A stretch of DNA of 63,924 nucleotides, filler included, from Octopus bimaculoides (taxonomy: Eukaryota): NCBI RefSeq assembly GCF_001194135.2. It is 7 parts of 7 records of this genome, joined end to end, with 100 filler letters (N's around TTAATTAATTAA, not from the genome) between each part and the next. Parts side by side here need not be neighbours in the genome. Positions count along the whole stretch, not along the records: positions 1 to 28,643 come from NC_068991.1; 6 more parts are not named here. One strand, written 5' to 3'. The translations under genes and the position numbers were made by a program. Positions within the stretch are counted from its first letter, which is position 1. Each line of letters starts with the position of its first letter. Below, piece by piece: positions 11,933 to 27,011 of this stretch. The notes under the pieces were generated by a model, which saw nothing but the letters and a program-made list of their open reading frames with translations, ran no database searches and had not been told where the DNA came from.

Positions 11933-14900
11933 GTAAGTGCAGCATCCTTTATGTTCTCAACTAATTGGAATCGCTTTAAATAAACTCCATCATTATCTTT
12001 TTCTACTCTGATTTTTAAGCATTTAGAATAATCTTTATTTCTTTTCAATAATAAATTGCCGTAGAATGACAATAATAACAGAACCCCTTATTTTTTTTTT
12101 TTTTTTTTTGGTAATTTCTTATTACTTTCCATACAACTGATTCAAAGATATTTAACTATTCCCTTAGTTACTTTTGGCTTTTCTTTTTTTATGAAATTCC
12201 TCTTGTGTTTCTCTGTGGCTACAGGAATCATTGATTCCATTTTAACTGTTATCTTGTTTCCAAAATAAGGCCACCACTCTTGCTATCTACACCAAGATAT
12301 TTCTCAATTTCTCCTACTTTCTTTCTGGCTTGTTATTCTTAAACTGGGCTGTGTAGGATGAAAGGCGTCAGCTTCGTTACAAAGAAAAAAGGCTTTGTAC
12401 TCTATGCTAAAATAAAATCATTATTTATGATTCCTCCAACTTGAATTAGTATATTTTCTTGTTGTTGTTGTTGGGGTTCTTGTTTTCCCTTAGTTTCTAT
12501 TTTTACTCTCTCTCTCTCTCTTGTAAGGTTAATCTTATTTTTCTATTTAACCTGATCTCATCTGATCTCTCTATAAACTTCTTTGTTCTACATATTAAAC
12601 GACATTTTCTTCACTCTCACTTTCATATCTGTCACTCTTGTTTATACACGGTATCGATTTGTTTTATTTTGGATCGTTCGTTAGATTTTGCTCCTGAAAG
12701 CCAGCTTTATTATTTGCCTTGCCATGTGTCCGTTGTCACTTGTCTTTCTCTTCTTTTTTTCCCCCTCTAATTTCTGTTTGAGTGCTGTTAAAAAAGAAGA
12801 AAAAAAAAACATTTCTTCTCATATGTAAAATTATCTTTTACAGTAAATATGTTAGTAATTGACAAAATCTCTAGACACTTCAGTCCATGTCCGTTTTCAG
12901 CCACCTTATTTAACAAGAAAAAAAACTTTGAAATAAGACTAATTATAGGAATCTAGGCCACGCGATTCTAAGGGTTTTTGACTTGTCAAGTTGATGATGT
13001 GTTGTAATAGCAGTTAGTTTGTGACTTAGGCATAAAGAAAGCCACATTACCGACAACTGCCATCACACTCTGACATTACATACATACACATACATACATA
13101 CATACATACATACATACATACATGCAAGCATACATAATATGTAAGTGCATATGTATATATGTATAGTATAGCCTTCCTCTCTGACAGGAGGGCGTTTTGA
13201 TAAATTATTTACTGAATTAAGATGTACAGCTCTTATTAAATTAATAACCACCAAAGGGGGGGGGGAAATTATCACAACTTTATTATTATCATTATTGTTG
13301 TTGTTGTTATGATTATTATTATTATTATTATTTGCAAGTTCTCTATATCAGTTACACTTAGTAATATTACTGGATGTAGTGTTGTTCATGTACTATGATG
13401 TAATAACGACTAGAAAACCCCCATTTTATCACCGCCTGCTGCCGGTCTAGAAGTGAGAGATAGATAGTAGGGCAAAATTGAAACCATTATTACTCGAGTG
13501 GATTTACTATATCACTGGGGTAACTCGATACTCAGTGAATGTAGACCATCTGACACATGAGAAGTTTTTTTTGAATGCTTGAAAAAATAAACTAATAATA
13601 ATAATAAGAGCTGAACTAAAACAAGAAACTTAATGAGATCGAATCACGTTATGTCCGGATTTTTAATGAGATGTTTCCTTTAGATTAATTAATTAATCAA
13701 ACAAACAAGTGTAGCTAGAACGAAGAATAGTCATCCCCCCCCCCCCNNNNNNNNNNNNNNNNNNNNNNNNNNNNNNNNNNNNNNNNNNNNNNNNNNNNNN
13801 NNNNNNNNNNNNNNNNNNNNNNNNNNNNNNNNNNNNNNNNNNNNNNNNNNNNNNNNNNNNNNNNNNNNNNNNNNNNNNNNNNNNNNNNNNNNNNNNNNNN
13901 NNNNNNNNNNNNNNNNNNNNNNNNTACCGCCCCTGTTCATAGCAGTTGTCACAGCAACATCACTCTGCTGCTACAGCAGAGGTGGTGGTATTCAGTCTAA
14001 AACTCTATCTTACAGCAGCATATCTAACTAACCTCATTCTCTCTCTCTCTTTGTTGATTTATTTTCTCTTTGAAAGCTCTGCTTTTACTTTTTCAAGTGT
14101 TTCGTTTTCCTCCTGTTCACATCTTGGGTTTATTTTTCCCCACATTTGAGAGAATTTCGACAGAAATTTTCAAATCTGAAATGTTTTGTGGAAACAGATT
14201 GAATCGAGAAGGGGGTGTTAGATTAAGCTACGCCAGCAACTAAAACGGGCTCATGGGTGTGTGTATATTAAAAATACCTGTGTGTAGATATAAAAAGAGT
14301 GACACACATACAGAATGAGAGATCCAGTATGGCCATAGCTAAGCAAAGAGATTCTAGATATTATTTGCTATTTTGTTGCTCCTTGGTCATGGGTAGAATG
14401 TCAATGCTATGATTAATGCTACTAGCTCAGCATTCATTTCCAAATTTGAAAACCCTCTGAAACACTTTTGATAAAGCTCAATTCTTTCTCTTTTATTGTT
14501 GTTATTCTTGTGTTCTCTATTAACAGTCGGTAATAGACTTGTGAATTTTATAGCTTATTTCCAGAATCTGTGGATTTTTAACATTTACTGAAATAATGAC
14601 AATAAATTTTTGATGAATGCTTGAAGTTTCCTACAAATGTCAGAGATCCTACAGGCAGCTCAAGTTATGATATTCACAAATAATTATCATTACATGACTA
14701 TGAAGTACTAATATTGTGTTATTCATATTTATGTTAGTTGAAGTTAAAACTTAGTTCATATGTCTAATTATGGATTTATAAAATGATTAATTATTCTTTT
14801 GTTAAAATATACTTCTTTGAAAAACTCTTCACAAAATTACTATGGCATTCGATATCCACTTTATTTCATTTTATTCCTGTGTGTCGAACGGTTCTGCAAA

Positions 14901-15540
14901 TTTAGATTATTACATGGATTGTTATTTCTACTGGCTTTCGTGAACTTGTCTTTGATTTGACCATTCAGTCATTGATGAAGAAAATATAGTTATTTCTGAG
15001 TTAAGTTTAAATCTGTTGAGACAGCTCTGTGAAAGAGAATATTTGTGGTTATTATTATCAAGTAATTGACATTATAAATGTGTCACACAAAATACATTTA
15101 TAGTTTGTCTATTTTATTGTTTCTGGTTTTTTAAAAAACATTTATGCTTGTAAATAATTGTCGGCAATTAACAATACTCTACTCATTTTGAGAAACAATA
15201 TATAAATACTTTCACACATACATACGTGTGTGAGATTATGTGTATATGTGTATCTATGTACCCATGTGTGAGTGCGTATGCATGTTCATATACATACCTG
15301 TATATGTCTTCATATATTTATACAGGTGTATGTACGTTTATGCTTAGATGTGTGTGTAGTTTTATGTACATATATAATTGATTGTATATGTATCTATGTA
15401 TGTACATATATGAACATATCAGTGTGTATGTGTGTGTATACATATAACAGCCTGCTGCTAAAGGAGGAAAAATTTGAGCTGATCCATTTTGAGAGAGATA
15501 ATATACTTAAGCATCTTATTCTCTTCTCATAGCATTAAAA

Positions 15541-16135
15541 TAATATCAATGACTTAGAGGTAAATGTGGACCACAGCCTAAACTAGACTGCACACATCGA
15601 CCTGCTGGATCCTTTAACTTCCCAGTCCAGAGAGTACTAACACCATCATTCTTCTCTTCTCTATAGTTGCCAGGTCTTACCTTGGTTGAATATTGCTGTC
15701 CACTGTGGTCTCCCTACACAAAATAAAACATTATGAGAATTGAAGCACTCCAGAGATTAACCACACAAAAACTAAAATGGCGTGACAAGCCTTAATTATT
15801 GGGATTACCACAAAAAGCCCAAACTCCCTTCTCTCCAGTGTCTCTGCGAGCACTACATGATTTGTATAATGCGATTAGGATTCTATCAACACAATCCGAA
15901 TGATGTCAGTATCAAGTTTACAAGTCACCTACAGTTAGGTTAGCTCACATAACAGTGTGACCCAGCTTTTTAACCTCAATTGGTCCTTCTTTATACAAGG
16001 TTATCCCGAAAGATATCATAGAAGAAAAAGCACCTCATCACATTCAAACAATGCCTGGACAAATTCCTCCAAGAGATACCAGAGAAATCACTGCTGCCCT
16101 GATTTTGACAAACACCCTAGGCATGGCCTGAGCCA
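15541..16135 (+). mobile_element. Decayed CR1-type LINE, RT C-terminal region (LIM intron 1)
   Basis: Recognisable motifs across frameshifts and stops: DLEVNVDHSLN*TAHI (DLGVxVD...HI), EYCCPLWSPY, IEALQR, LNYWD, QLFN. Confidence 0.75.
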
Positions 16136-16304
16136 ATAACGGCCCCAAACATAAGTTATATGTATACGTATAGGTGTGTGTGTGTATATGTATGCATGTA
16201 TTTCTAGATAGATATATGAATATATATATGTGTGTGTGTTTAAGTATGTTTGTTTATAATTACTGTGGATATATTTTTTGATGTTTACACATCAATTCTC
16301 TATA

Positions 16305-16384
<80 letters not shown>

Positions 16385-18055
16385 TATGTATGTGCATGGT
16401 GTCATATATATATAGGTGTATGTGTGTGTATTTTATATATTCAATATATAGATACTGCCTTCAGAATTCATATTTACCCCTGGATCTGTAGGATTTCTGG
16501 CATTAACGATACATCTATCAGTTTGAATCAAAAATTTATATCCCTTTTTTAATTTCAGGATTGGCTCTTAGCTTGACTCTACTTACCATTCTGTGCTCAC
16601 TCTTTGCACTTGCCTTTTTGTTTTTCTTTCAATTTTAGATGTTTCTGTATACATTGCTTTAAGCCAATTTGTCTTTCTTCATTCTCTCTTTGTGGCATTC
16701 TGCTGTTTAAATTTCATTTGTTTAAAATATTCCTTTAAACTGTCTTTCTTTTTAATTAATTTTTAAAACAATCTAAAATAAAGTACCTCATCAGTAATGG
16801 GTCTTTAAACAATCCTAATTCTGGAGTAATGTGGCTGGTATTTGTACCCTGTGAAATGTGGAGATATTCAATATTTTCATATAATTACTCTGAAGACAAA
16901 ACAAAAATAGCCTTGTTTATTTTGTTCACAGCTTCTCGAAAATTATGCTTTCTCTTTATCTAGCAAAATCAATGTCAGATGTATGCTTCGTGTCATACAT
17001 ATGCTGCTCTCCTCTCAGTTCTTGTTTGATTATTTCATTTAGGTATTGAAATTCAATACGTTAAAAACACTATCGCAAACGATAAGGAAGGGGAGCAGTT
17101 GTCAGTGTTTTAATTTTGAAAAAAATCCTCTTCTGCTGTTGTATCCTTTAATCAATATACAGCTACAAATGCAAGAAACATCTGCTTCTTAATCAGATTT
17201 TCCAACTTAAATTATTTATACTTAATAAAATTATATAACAATCAGTGTTAAAGAGAGAGGTTTTAGTTCAGATTTTTCTGTTGTGTCTCCATTGTATTGT
17301 AATTTCTCATTGTGTCCATTTCCCATTTTGTCATCATTTAACCAAGCTTTTCATCCAATGCCTTCTTTTCATTTATTTTCTTCTTATTTATAGCATAAGG
17401 TATTTAAATGAGTATTTAATAAAATCATCATGTCTTTTAAATTTAGATAAATAGAATTATTTATTTAAAATTAAAGCTTTTATCATCAGTAATGCATGTT
17501 CAATTTTTTTTTTTTCTTCTTATGGTTAATTTGTTTATAAATCAGTTTTGCTTTATTAATGTTTTACTTTTGTTTTTTTTTTATGTTTTTTTTTTCAATT
17601 GCTTTCTTTCAAGCCATAATGCAGAATTATTGAATAAAATTCAAATCTAAAAAGGATGAATGGCAATTTTGAATGATTTAGATTTAAATTATTTTCTATA
17701 TTATTAACTTTTCTATTTCAAAGATAGTTGTGTAAATAAATAATTAAATAAATAAAAAATACATAAATTCTTGAAATACATTCTTTACAAATAAATGCAG
17801 ATTTAGATAATCTCTTCAGATAGTGTGTGTGTGTTTGGTTTACTCTACATGGTTCTGCAAATGGCTTAGCATGTAGTGATTCATAGATGCCACAATATAT
17901 GGATGCATTTCTTATTTTTGAAAATACCACTGCTTTTCATTGTTATTGCAATAATGTTGTAAAGAGATGAAGGGAAGGGATTTAGTGCACAAATTTGACA
18001 ATGATAATGACAATAACTGCTGTTGGCAAAAAGAACAGCCAAAATAAGCGCCTAA

Positions 18056-18280
<225 letters not shown>

Positions 18281-19003
18281 TAAGGCATCACACTGTTGTT
18301 ACTCGTTATGAAAACTTATTCATCCACTGGCTACAGGTCAAGTTGCAACTTTTAGTCAGTCCCTTCCACCATCTTCAAAATAACACACCCCATCTTCAAT
18401 TAGCTGACAATTCATTTCTCTCACTCTCTTTCTTCCTCCCTGTCTGTCTCTCTCTCTCTCTCTCTTTTCCTCTCTACTTATATTAACATTTCCACTCTTG
18501 AGTAGCATTCCAAAAAATGGTCCAAGAGTTCGACTCTATTCATTAATTGTTCTTTCAGTGCCATATATCATTCAGTACTAATCACAATTCTCACTTTATT
18601 TCTATTCCCTTGTCATGCTTGGAAATTCCTTTTGAGCTGATCAAGATAGCACAGTAACCATTTCAAAGTTTGGCATTTTAATCTCACATTAAAGATTTTA
18701 TGAAGTCTAAATAACTTAAAGGAATTACTATTTCACTCGTTAGAATAAAGCAGCTTAAAATCATGAAAGAAAGGTCAATGTATTTTCTTACAGAAATATT
18801 ACTATCTAACCTTGTTAATATGAAGGTTACAGATAAAAGATATGTTGTCAACATGATATCTTGAAGAAATTCATATGTGCATTTTTCAGTATGCTAATGT
18901 TGTCAGTGTAAAGTTTAAGATAGGTATAACAATATAGAAGACTTAGTTGAATAATTTACTTACGTTCATTTAAATGAAAATGTGATTTTACTGCTTTCAT
19001 TAA

Positions 19004-19235
19004 CCCTGTCAGGCCTGGGCCCCTGTGTCTATCTTGACCCTCCACCTGAGCTCCTGAGCCAAAAAAATTAACAGTTGTATATAAAGCTCAAGAGTAATGA
19101 TTGCAGGCAAACTAATGGACAGAATCAGCTGCATCTTCCTATTCTATGTGTGTTGGTCATTACTGCTTTACTGAAAACCCAGCAGAGATGATGTTTAACC
19201 TATTCCTGCTGTAGAAGGAATACAGCATGACAGGG
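19004..19235. mobile_element. piggyBac-type MITE (232 bp)
   Basis: TTAA at 19000-19003 and 19236-19239 flank terminal inverted repeats CCCTGTCAGGC / GCATGACAGGG (10 of 11 complementary). Confidence 0.7.
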
Positions 19236-20890
19236 TTAATGCTTCAATATTCAACTAGCATAATTGAGTGAATGACTTATAAATACATTTGTTGGTTATT
19301 CGAACTTGAGAGAGCAGCTATTGTTAGTCTAAATAGAAAAGTTTTTTTGTAGGTAATTAATATGCTAGTGGTATTTCTAAAATACTAACTATGTAAGTAT
19401 GTTTCTTTAATAGTATTTGTTACATGCATGGGGAAACTATTGCACTAAGTTTACCTTTGTTTAGTTCATTTGCATTTCGCAGTAGGTTCTCCCACCAACT
19501 GAATTTCTCCGACTCAAGTCACACGATAATTTCTGTTGAAATGTTGAAATTAATCTCTCGTCCTTTTAATACACAATTTGAATTTGGAGCTAAGCATTGG
19601 CTTTATGAAACTCTGTGATTGAAGTGAAATTTGTCTTTGTGCATGTATATGTGTACTGTGCAAGTGTATTGTGTGTATTGTGTGTGTGTGTGTGTAAAAA
19701 TAATGGGGTTTTTTTTTAGTAAGTTAGTAGACCATCCTGTCATACAAACAATCATACATACACCCACATAATAACTTTAGAAATAGTTTTATTCTGGTTT
19801 CATTTATATATATACATATATATATATATCTTTTTCAACTTTTCATCATTAACATTACATCTATCTTTTTCCATGTTATTTTTAGATCACCCGAACTATC
19901 TTACATTTTGCCTATTTTTTTTAAAACTCTGTCAGCGTCTGCACATATATCTATCATTTATCCATCTGGTCAGCTATTTTCATCTATTCTTGTGGTATCA
20001 TGTATTTGTAATCTCTCTTTAAGCTGACTTATTCTACATTCAACAGGGTTTTTTTTTTTAAGCATCTTTTTTTCCTGCCAGATATTTGCAGTACATTTTC
20101 ATTGTCATTCTACGTTTTACTTGTATTACATGTTTTGTAGAGAAATAACATTCTAAAGATTACACTAAGATAAACCTTCTGTTAATCTGGAGAAGAATAA
20201 ACATTGTATAGAATAAGCTAAGATAAACCTACTGTTATTAATCGGGGGAGGGAAAAAAAGTACAATTTAATTTCAATCTTTCTCTCATTTATTTTGTATG
20301 AAAGTGTGTATGTCTGCTTGCTTATAATTAATGTTTGGTTTCATAATGAGATAAAAATAAATAGACTAAATTATAGATAATGAAGATAATTCCAGGTTTT
20401 AAGCACAGTGTGGAATGTGGAATGTAGAAGGCTGTTGTCTTTACAGTTCGCTGTGTGAACATTTTTTATTAAGGTGTCATCTAGTATATATATTTCTCAA
20501 CTATAATTCTAGATATTTTTCAGAAACAATTTAAGGCTACATTGTTGGTTGTAAACAAGCATCATCATCACACAAGTGAGGTAGTTTGCTTCCAGTTGTC
20601 TGCGAAAAACATGTCTGGCCATGGGAGAAATATTGCCTAACTTGTAAACAGGTGAGGGTTGGTGACAGGAAGGGCATCCAGTCGTAGAAAATATAATTTT
20701 AATGTCCACTTTTCCATGCTTTCATGGGTTGGACAGAATTTGTTGAGGCAGATTTTTTACAGCCAGATGCCCTCTCGCCAACCCTCACTTGTTTCCATGT
20801 ACAGTGCTATTCCTCATAACCACACGTATTTGGAAACAAACGGTACCATTTGCCTGATGGTGATGCTTGTTTTCTTTTAGGCAGGGAGAC

Positions 20891-20930
<40 letters not shown>

Positions 20931-21234
20931 GTGTGTGTGATGGGCTCTTTTAGTTTCTGTCTACCAAATCTGCTTGCAAGGCTTTGGTCAGCTTATGTAA
21001 TGCAGCGTGAAAATTTTAATTTTAATGTATTAATTGAATTATATTTTGTATATAATTATTTACAATATGTATTTTGAACCCACTCTTCGATTTAAAGGTT
21101 TGTTTAAATGGGTGTTGTTTAAGTTAACCTTTCAAAGAAGCCTTTCTACAAATTTCCTCAAATCATGCAAAGCAAACAGTATGGAAATCTTATTATATAC
21201 AGACTGACAGACTGACAAGCAAACAGATTTTTTT

Positions 21235-21588
21235 ATTTTCTTTTTGTCTATTTGTTTCAGTCACTGCACTGCAGCCATGAAGGGTCACTGCTTTTAATGA
21301 ATTCTTAGTCGAATAAATCAAACTCTGGACTTTTTTTTTGTTTTTAAAGCTCTGTACTTATTCTGTTGGTTCTCTTTTGCTGAACCGCTAAGTTATGGGG
21401 GTGTAAACACACCTAATATATACGACGGGCTTCTTTCAGTTTCCGTCTACCAAATCCATTCACAAGGCTATAGTCGGCCCAAGGCTACAGTAGAAGACGC
21501 TTGCTCAAAGTGCCTCGCAGTGGGACCGAACCAGAAACCATGTGGTTGGTAAGCAAGCTTCTTACCACACAGCCACACCTGCGTCTAT
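21235..21588 (-). mobile_element. Family A SINE
   Basis: Reverse-complement tail, body and head (...cttcttaccacacagccacacctgcg). Confidence 0.8.
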
Positions 21589-22324
21589 ATGCATATTTTA
21601 TGTCACTAACATCTTGCTGAAATATTGTTTTTTCCCAAAATAGATTCTCCTATTACATTATTATATTTCTGTTATTATGAAACTTCTTAATTCCGATCAG
21701 CTGGCTGCCCTTACAATATCTTTATGGTAGCAGCTCTAGCATGCATACAGCCTTAAAGAACATTAGCTGCGAGAAGCAAAATTATTTGGTGCTTCTGTTT
21801 CTTTATTCAACCAACAAGAAATGAGAACTTATATAAAGCGAATATATTAATGAAAACAAGCAAAAATAAGTGCAGTGAACTTAAGAAAGGTCCGTCGGTT
21901 TTAATTTCGTTTTGTTAACGATATCATGAAACTGGAGTCTAATAATAAATACACCCAGGTTGTGATTTAGTTTTATTGTAGACATGTGGAGTGTACTGCT
22001 TAGTGTAATGTGAGGCTTATTTCATGAGAGTAGGTAGGTGCAGCGTGCCCCAGTCATACTGGTGTGGTGAAACCTAGTTTAAACGGTTTATATAAAAAGA
22101 ACGTGGTGTAAGTTACAGCTATGACTTTGAAACATTTCCAACTTGTAAGTGGGTTGTGCAGAAGGGAGAGAACTCTTATGGCTCGGCAATGAAGGGGGTG
22201 GGATTTCGGGATGTCATAATCATCGTCTTGTATAATATTTCCCGATTTCTTAGCTTACACTAACCGTGCCATCAAACGTTTTTATTAATCTGACAGTTTT
22301 AACTGTGATGGTTGTGCTTTAGAC

Positions 22325-22640
22325 TAAGACAGCGAGCTGGCAGGATCTGTAGCACGCCGGACAAAATGCATAACGGCATTTCGTCCGTCTTTAGCTTTCT
22401 GGGTTCAAATTCCGCCGAAGTCGATTTTGCCTTTCATCCTTTCGAGACCGATGTAATCGGACTTATCCCCTTGCCACGAAATTTCAGACCGTGTTCTTAA
22501 AGCAGAATTATTATGCTTTAGATTTTCGACACTTATGTTCTCAGTTCAGATTTCGTCAAGATCGACTTCGCCTTTTCGTCCTTACACCTCCTAAATTTAC
22601 TGGTCAAAATTCAAAACCGTTAGTATACTTTAAATTTAGG
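22325..22640 (+). mobile_element. Two family B SINE units
   Basis: aagacagcgagctggcagga.ct.tagcacgccgg...gggttcaaattccgccgaagtcgattttgcctttcatcctttcg, followed by a second partial unit. Confidence 0.7.
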
Positions 22641-23194
22641 CTGACTGTGTCGTTCGTAGGCTTAGAGGAATTTTTGTTTTTTTTTGTTTGTTTTTCTTTT
22701 TCTTTTTTTAAATAAAATGTTGAATTGTGATAAAAATCAAATACGAACACCATTGCTGTGTTCATAGGAAGGGTTTAAAGAGGAGAGCGATTCCGCTTAT
22801 CTGACTGTTTACACATTTCATTAGGCATCTTAGGTTCCTTCAAGTATGTGATGCTTAGCTTGTCAAAATTGTCTCTGGGATAGGTTCACAATTTTGCTTT
22901 GATGAGAACACTTGTGATAGATCAAATTATGACACTCCTAAAGCATTTTAGCATTAAATTAGGAAGAGTCCTTTTAGAACAATTTACAGACTTGACAGCT
23001 GCTAATTGACGAAGAAAATATTTAGAAAATATTTTTTTCACTTGAATCTTTTCATTGTAATTTTTTTTCGATGTTAAAGACACATTTTTATCATTACTAA
23101 TATCCAGCTAAGTAAACGTGTATGAATCATAAACATGTTATGGCTGTATCGTATTATTTTAGTTAACGGTTGATATCTTTTTCTTTTTTCTTTT

Positions 23195-23600
23195 TTTTTC
23201 CATCTTTTACTTGTTTCAGTCATTGGACTGCAGCCATGCTGGGGCATCGCCTTGGAAGGTTTAGTCAAACATATCAACCCTCATTACTTTATATATATAT
23301 ATATATAGCTTGGTATTTATTCTATCAGCCTCTTTTGCTAAACTGCACAAAAGTTACTGGGACATAAACAAACCAACACCAGTTGTCCAGCAATGGTGGG
23401 TTGGAAAACAACCACACCTGCACACACACACGTGTGTGTGTGTGTGATGGGCTTCCACACAGTTTCTGTGTACCAAATTTGCTCCGAAAGTATTGGTTAG
23501 CTCAGGGTAGTAAAACACATTTGCCCAAGGTGCTGTGCAGTAGGACTGAACTCAAAACCACACGGTTGCAAAGCAAGCTGTTTAACCACACAGCCATGCT
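23195..23600 (-). mobile_element. Family A SINE
   Basis: Reverse-complement family A tail through head. Confidence 0.75.
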
Positions 23601-23717
23601 TGTGTTTGTTGCCATGGAGCATCAGGGTTTTCTTTTCATCATGCTTTCATCTAAGTCTGTTTCATATTCATTAATATTGATGCTAAAGATAGGGTTTTGT
23701 GAATTACCGAGCATATA

Positions 23718-23751
<34 letters not shown>

Positions 23752-23962
23752 ATGAGTGAGTTAGGGATTTATTGTTTTAAAGGAGTGAAGTGAGAAACTA
23801 GACATTCGGGGACTCAAACTCCTTCTGGATAGGTAGCAGTTCTTAAACACTGCGATACCGGTACATTTTTAGCAGATGGAAAATATAATCAATGTAGGGT
23901 AAAATCATAGAATGACACTATTTGTATCTGTTGTTAATGACAATTGCTGTAATGTGCATCTG

Positions 23963-24356
23963 GTGGAGGCACAATGGCCCAGTGGTTAGGGCAGTGGACT
24001 CGCGGTCATAGGATCGCGGTTTCGATTCCCAGACCAGGCATTGTGAGTGTTTATTGAGTGAAAACACTTAAAGTTCCACAAGGCTCCGGCAGGGGATGGT
24101 GGCAAACCCTGCTGTACTCTTCCACTACAACTTTCTCTCACTTTTACTTCCTGTTTCTGTTGTGCCTGTAATTCAAAGGGTCAGCTTTGTCACACTGTGT
24201 CACGCTGAATATCCCCGAGAACTACGTTAAGGGTACACGTGTCTGTGGAGTGTTCAACCACTTGCACGTTAATTTCACGAGCAGGTTGTTCCATTGATCG
24301 GATCAACTGGAACCCTCGACGTCGTAAGCGATGGAGTGCCAACACAACACACACAC
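23963..24356 (+). mobile_element. tRNA-derived SINE family C, copy 1, 12 bp TSD
   Basis: A-box-like TGGCCCAGTGG, B-box-like GGTTTCGATTCCC and a CA-rich tail. TSD AATGTGCATCTG at 23951-23962 and 24357-24368. Confidence 0.9.
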
Positions 24357-27011
24357 AATGTGCATCTGAAAGACCAATTCTATAACAACAGATGAAATCC
24401 ATGATTTTAGAAAAGACTTGCACAGCGGACAAATATGGCTTGGAAACTGTGCTGTAGATCAGATATATTGTAACAAAATCTGAGCTGAGAAGACATGGAA
24501 GAAAGGAAGTATGTACATACAAAGAATTATGTTGTAAAGTTTTGGCAATATCTTGTATTTAGAATAAGGAGGATATTGAGAGATTCAAATTACAAAACCA
24601 TTTTCCAAAATACACAGGATTCTAATGAGGCCAGTTACATGGTTTCCATGATGTACAAATAACCGAGTTGGCAACATTCTCCCTGGAAGGGATGCCAGTC
24701 TGTTGCAGGGTTACTCATTTACATCTGAATGAACTGGAGTATTGTGAAATGCAATGTTTTGCTTATGAACGTAACACGTCACCTTGTCCACGACTCTGCA
24801 GTCGTGAACACAACACTCTGACTATTAAGCTATACATTAAAAAAAAAATGAATAAGATTTGGAGTTTGACAAAGGGAGTCTACTCTGCATGTAGCTGCTC
24901 GAAGTACCAACCGTAGAAATTATTCAAATAAGGAAGTTTGAATTTGTGCTAGGATGTAAAACCTCAGATTCCAGTTTCCTGGTGATACAGTTGTGCCAAA
25001 AAAAAAAAATAAATAATAATAACATATATTACATTTGGTCAACATTGATTGGCTCCTGTGTTCTGTAGTTCAGTGGTTGGTAATGACAGATAGATGAAGA
25101 TAGATAGAGGGTTTGTAAGCACTGCTTATTGTCTTCTGTACATCATATATGAGAGAGCTAAAGGTAGGGTTTACATGAGCAATACATGAATAAAATAAAA
25201 TTCGGTCTACAGCCTGTTCCACTCTGTTAAACAATAAGACTATGCACCATTAATTTTTGTATACAATCTTTTTTATTTTGTTTTATTTATTTTCTTTTTG
25301 TAAATAATACAAAACTGGAAATGTAGAAAAGAGTTTGAAATGAAATTCATGGTGGTTAGTAAATCATAGAAGAATATTGAAAGCAGGACGATTTTATTGA
25401 TATGGTTATGATGAGTAGATGCTAATTCAATATTGGGGAGTGTGCAATAGGATTCCTGACTGGTTGATGCAGGATTGGTACTCAAAGCTTACAGATACAC
25501 AGTTTTGAGAGCATATAATTTAGAAATGTATACCTGAGTGTCAAGAGCATCTTCTAGTGTGTACAGCATAGAAAAGTATGTGTAAGGTGAATGGATGATG
25601 ACGAGTTTGTAATAGAGTAGAGATGAAATAGATCTAGATTCAGAATAAAGTATTTAGGAAGATGTTATATTGCTGACGCATCTAACTTATGTTAGCCTCT
25701 TGTTAGGTGGGCATTAAATCAGAGCTTAAGGTGACAGGGTATGAGATGACATAAATACTATTTTATCATTTTCTTTCAAAAGTTACTATGGATAATGTAA
25801 CATTTGTATCTAATTAATCTATTACATGTCATTTTAATCATACAGGTGACTTCTAATCACTTTTTTTAAATAACATGTTTTATATTTTCATCTTAATAAA
25901 TAGCTAATGTTTTCAATACATCTCTCATCTCTTTAAGTACCATTTCATCAAAAGCAGCTCATCAAGGAAAATTTCTTTGCATTTTTTTTTTATCATTAAC
26001 CATTCTTATGCAAATAATGCTTTAATGCTTTCTCTTTTTCTTCTTTTTACCTTTTTTTTTTCCATCATAATATTTTCCAGTGATGTTTTCCTACTCATAA
26101 TTCCTAAATTTTTTTTTCCTCTATCCTTTATCATGCTATAGCAATTCCATTCTACATTCAGTTCTCACCAGAGCTCCTCCAAATAATCTTATCATTGACA
26201 GTTGTGTATGGTGTCTTCTGTCTTCATCTTTGCAATGTTTTTTTATCCATGATCACCATTATAATGCACTGACAACATGAAAAGTGTGTGTATGTGTTTT
26301 GTTCACTCAAACCAGCTATCTTTAAGTGTTAGAAACCAGTCTCTATTTCCAGTATCATCTCAGCCATTTATCATAAATTAAAACACTTTAAAAAAAAAGG
26401 CTCAATTGGTAATTTTCTAATTAAAGCTTCTACTGCTAAAATACAAAACCTTTTGGGGCATTTTGGGTCTCTCTGTTCTCAGTAAATTTAGTGGGGATTT
26501 AATACCGAATTGTTATCTCTTAAACAGAACCAAATTGTGCAATCGTCATGTGTGTCGCTTGTACAGGTTTCCTTTAGATCTTATTACTGCAGAAAAGTTT
26601 GATGATGTGTGTTATGTATATAATATAGTTCGGTATATACAGCTGTTACTCACAAGCAAATATAGTTTGGTACCATGTACCATGCTTTCATTGATTTATG
26701 TCTGGTGCTTATATAGTTGCAAGTAAACAGTTTCTTACATTTGATCCCATCCCTCAGTATATCCAGAATGTGATGACTGCGGAGGGGGAGGGGGTGGCTG
26801 CTCCAGCATCCAGCTTGGTCTTATTTACAAGTAAGTAGATTGGAGTAATCTGAAATGAAGTGCTTTGCTCTTTGACTCGAACACTGACTGGTCCGAGGAT
26901 TGAACCCATGGCCTCCTGACAATGACCACTTTGCTACATGCCTTCAAGCTCTGTGTGTGTGTGTGTGTGTGTACATCCACATGCATATTGATGCATGCAT
27001 GATGCATTTAA

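Noticed and set aside
12256-12272. CArG-like CCAAAATAAGG in LIM intron 1
   Set aside because: Seven A/T bases between CC and GG, so it does not fit CC(A/T)6GG.
23963-24040. tRNA-like heads of SINE families A, B and C
   Set aside because: They lack a complete cloverleaf and acceptor stem and continue into SINE bodies, so they were not called as tRNA genes.
26758-26836. Apparent exon ending TTTACAA|GTAAGT (could read CDDCGGGGGGC)
   Set aside because: The donor lies within a reverse SINE-like segment (continues ...gagtaatctgaaatgaagtgc, similar to 24730-24770). It is out of frame with LIM exon 2 and has no LIM residues.
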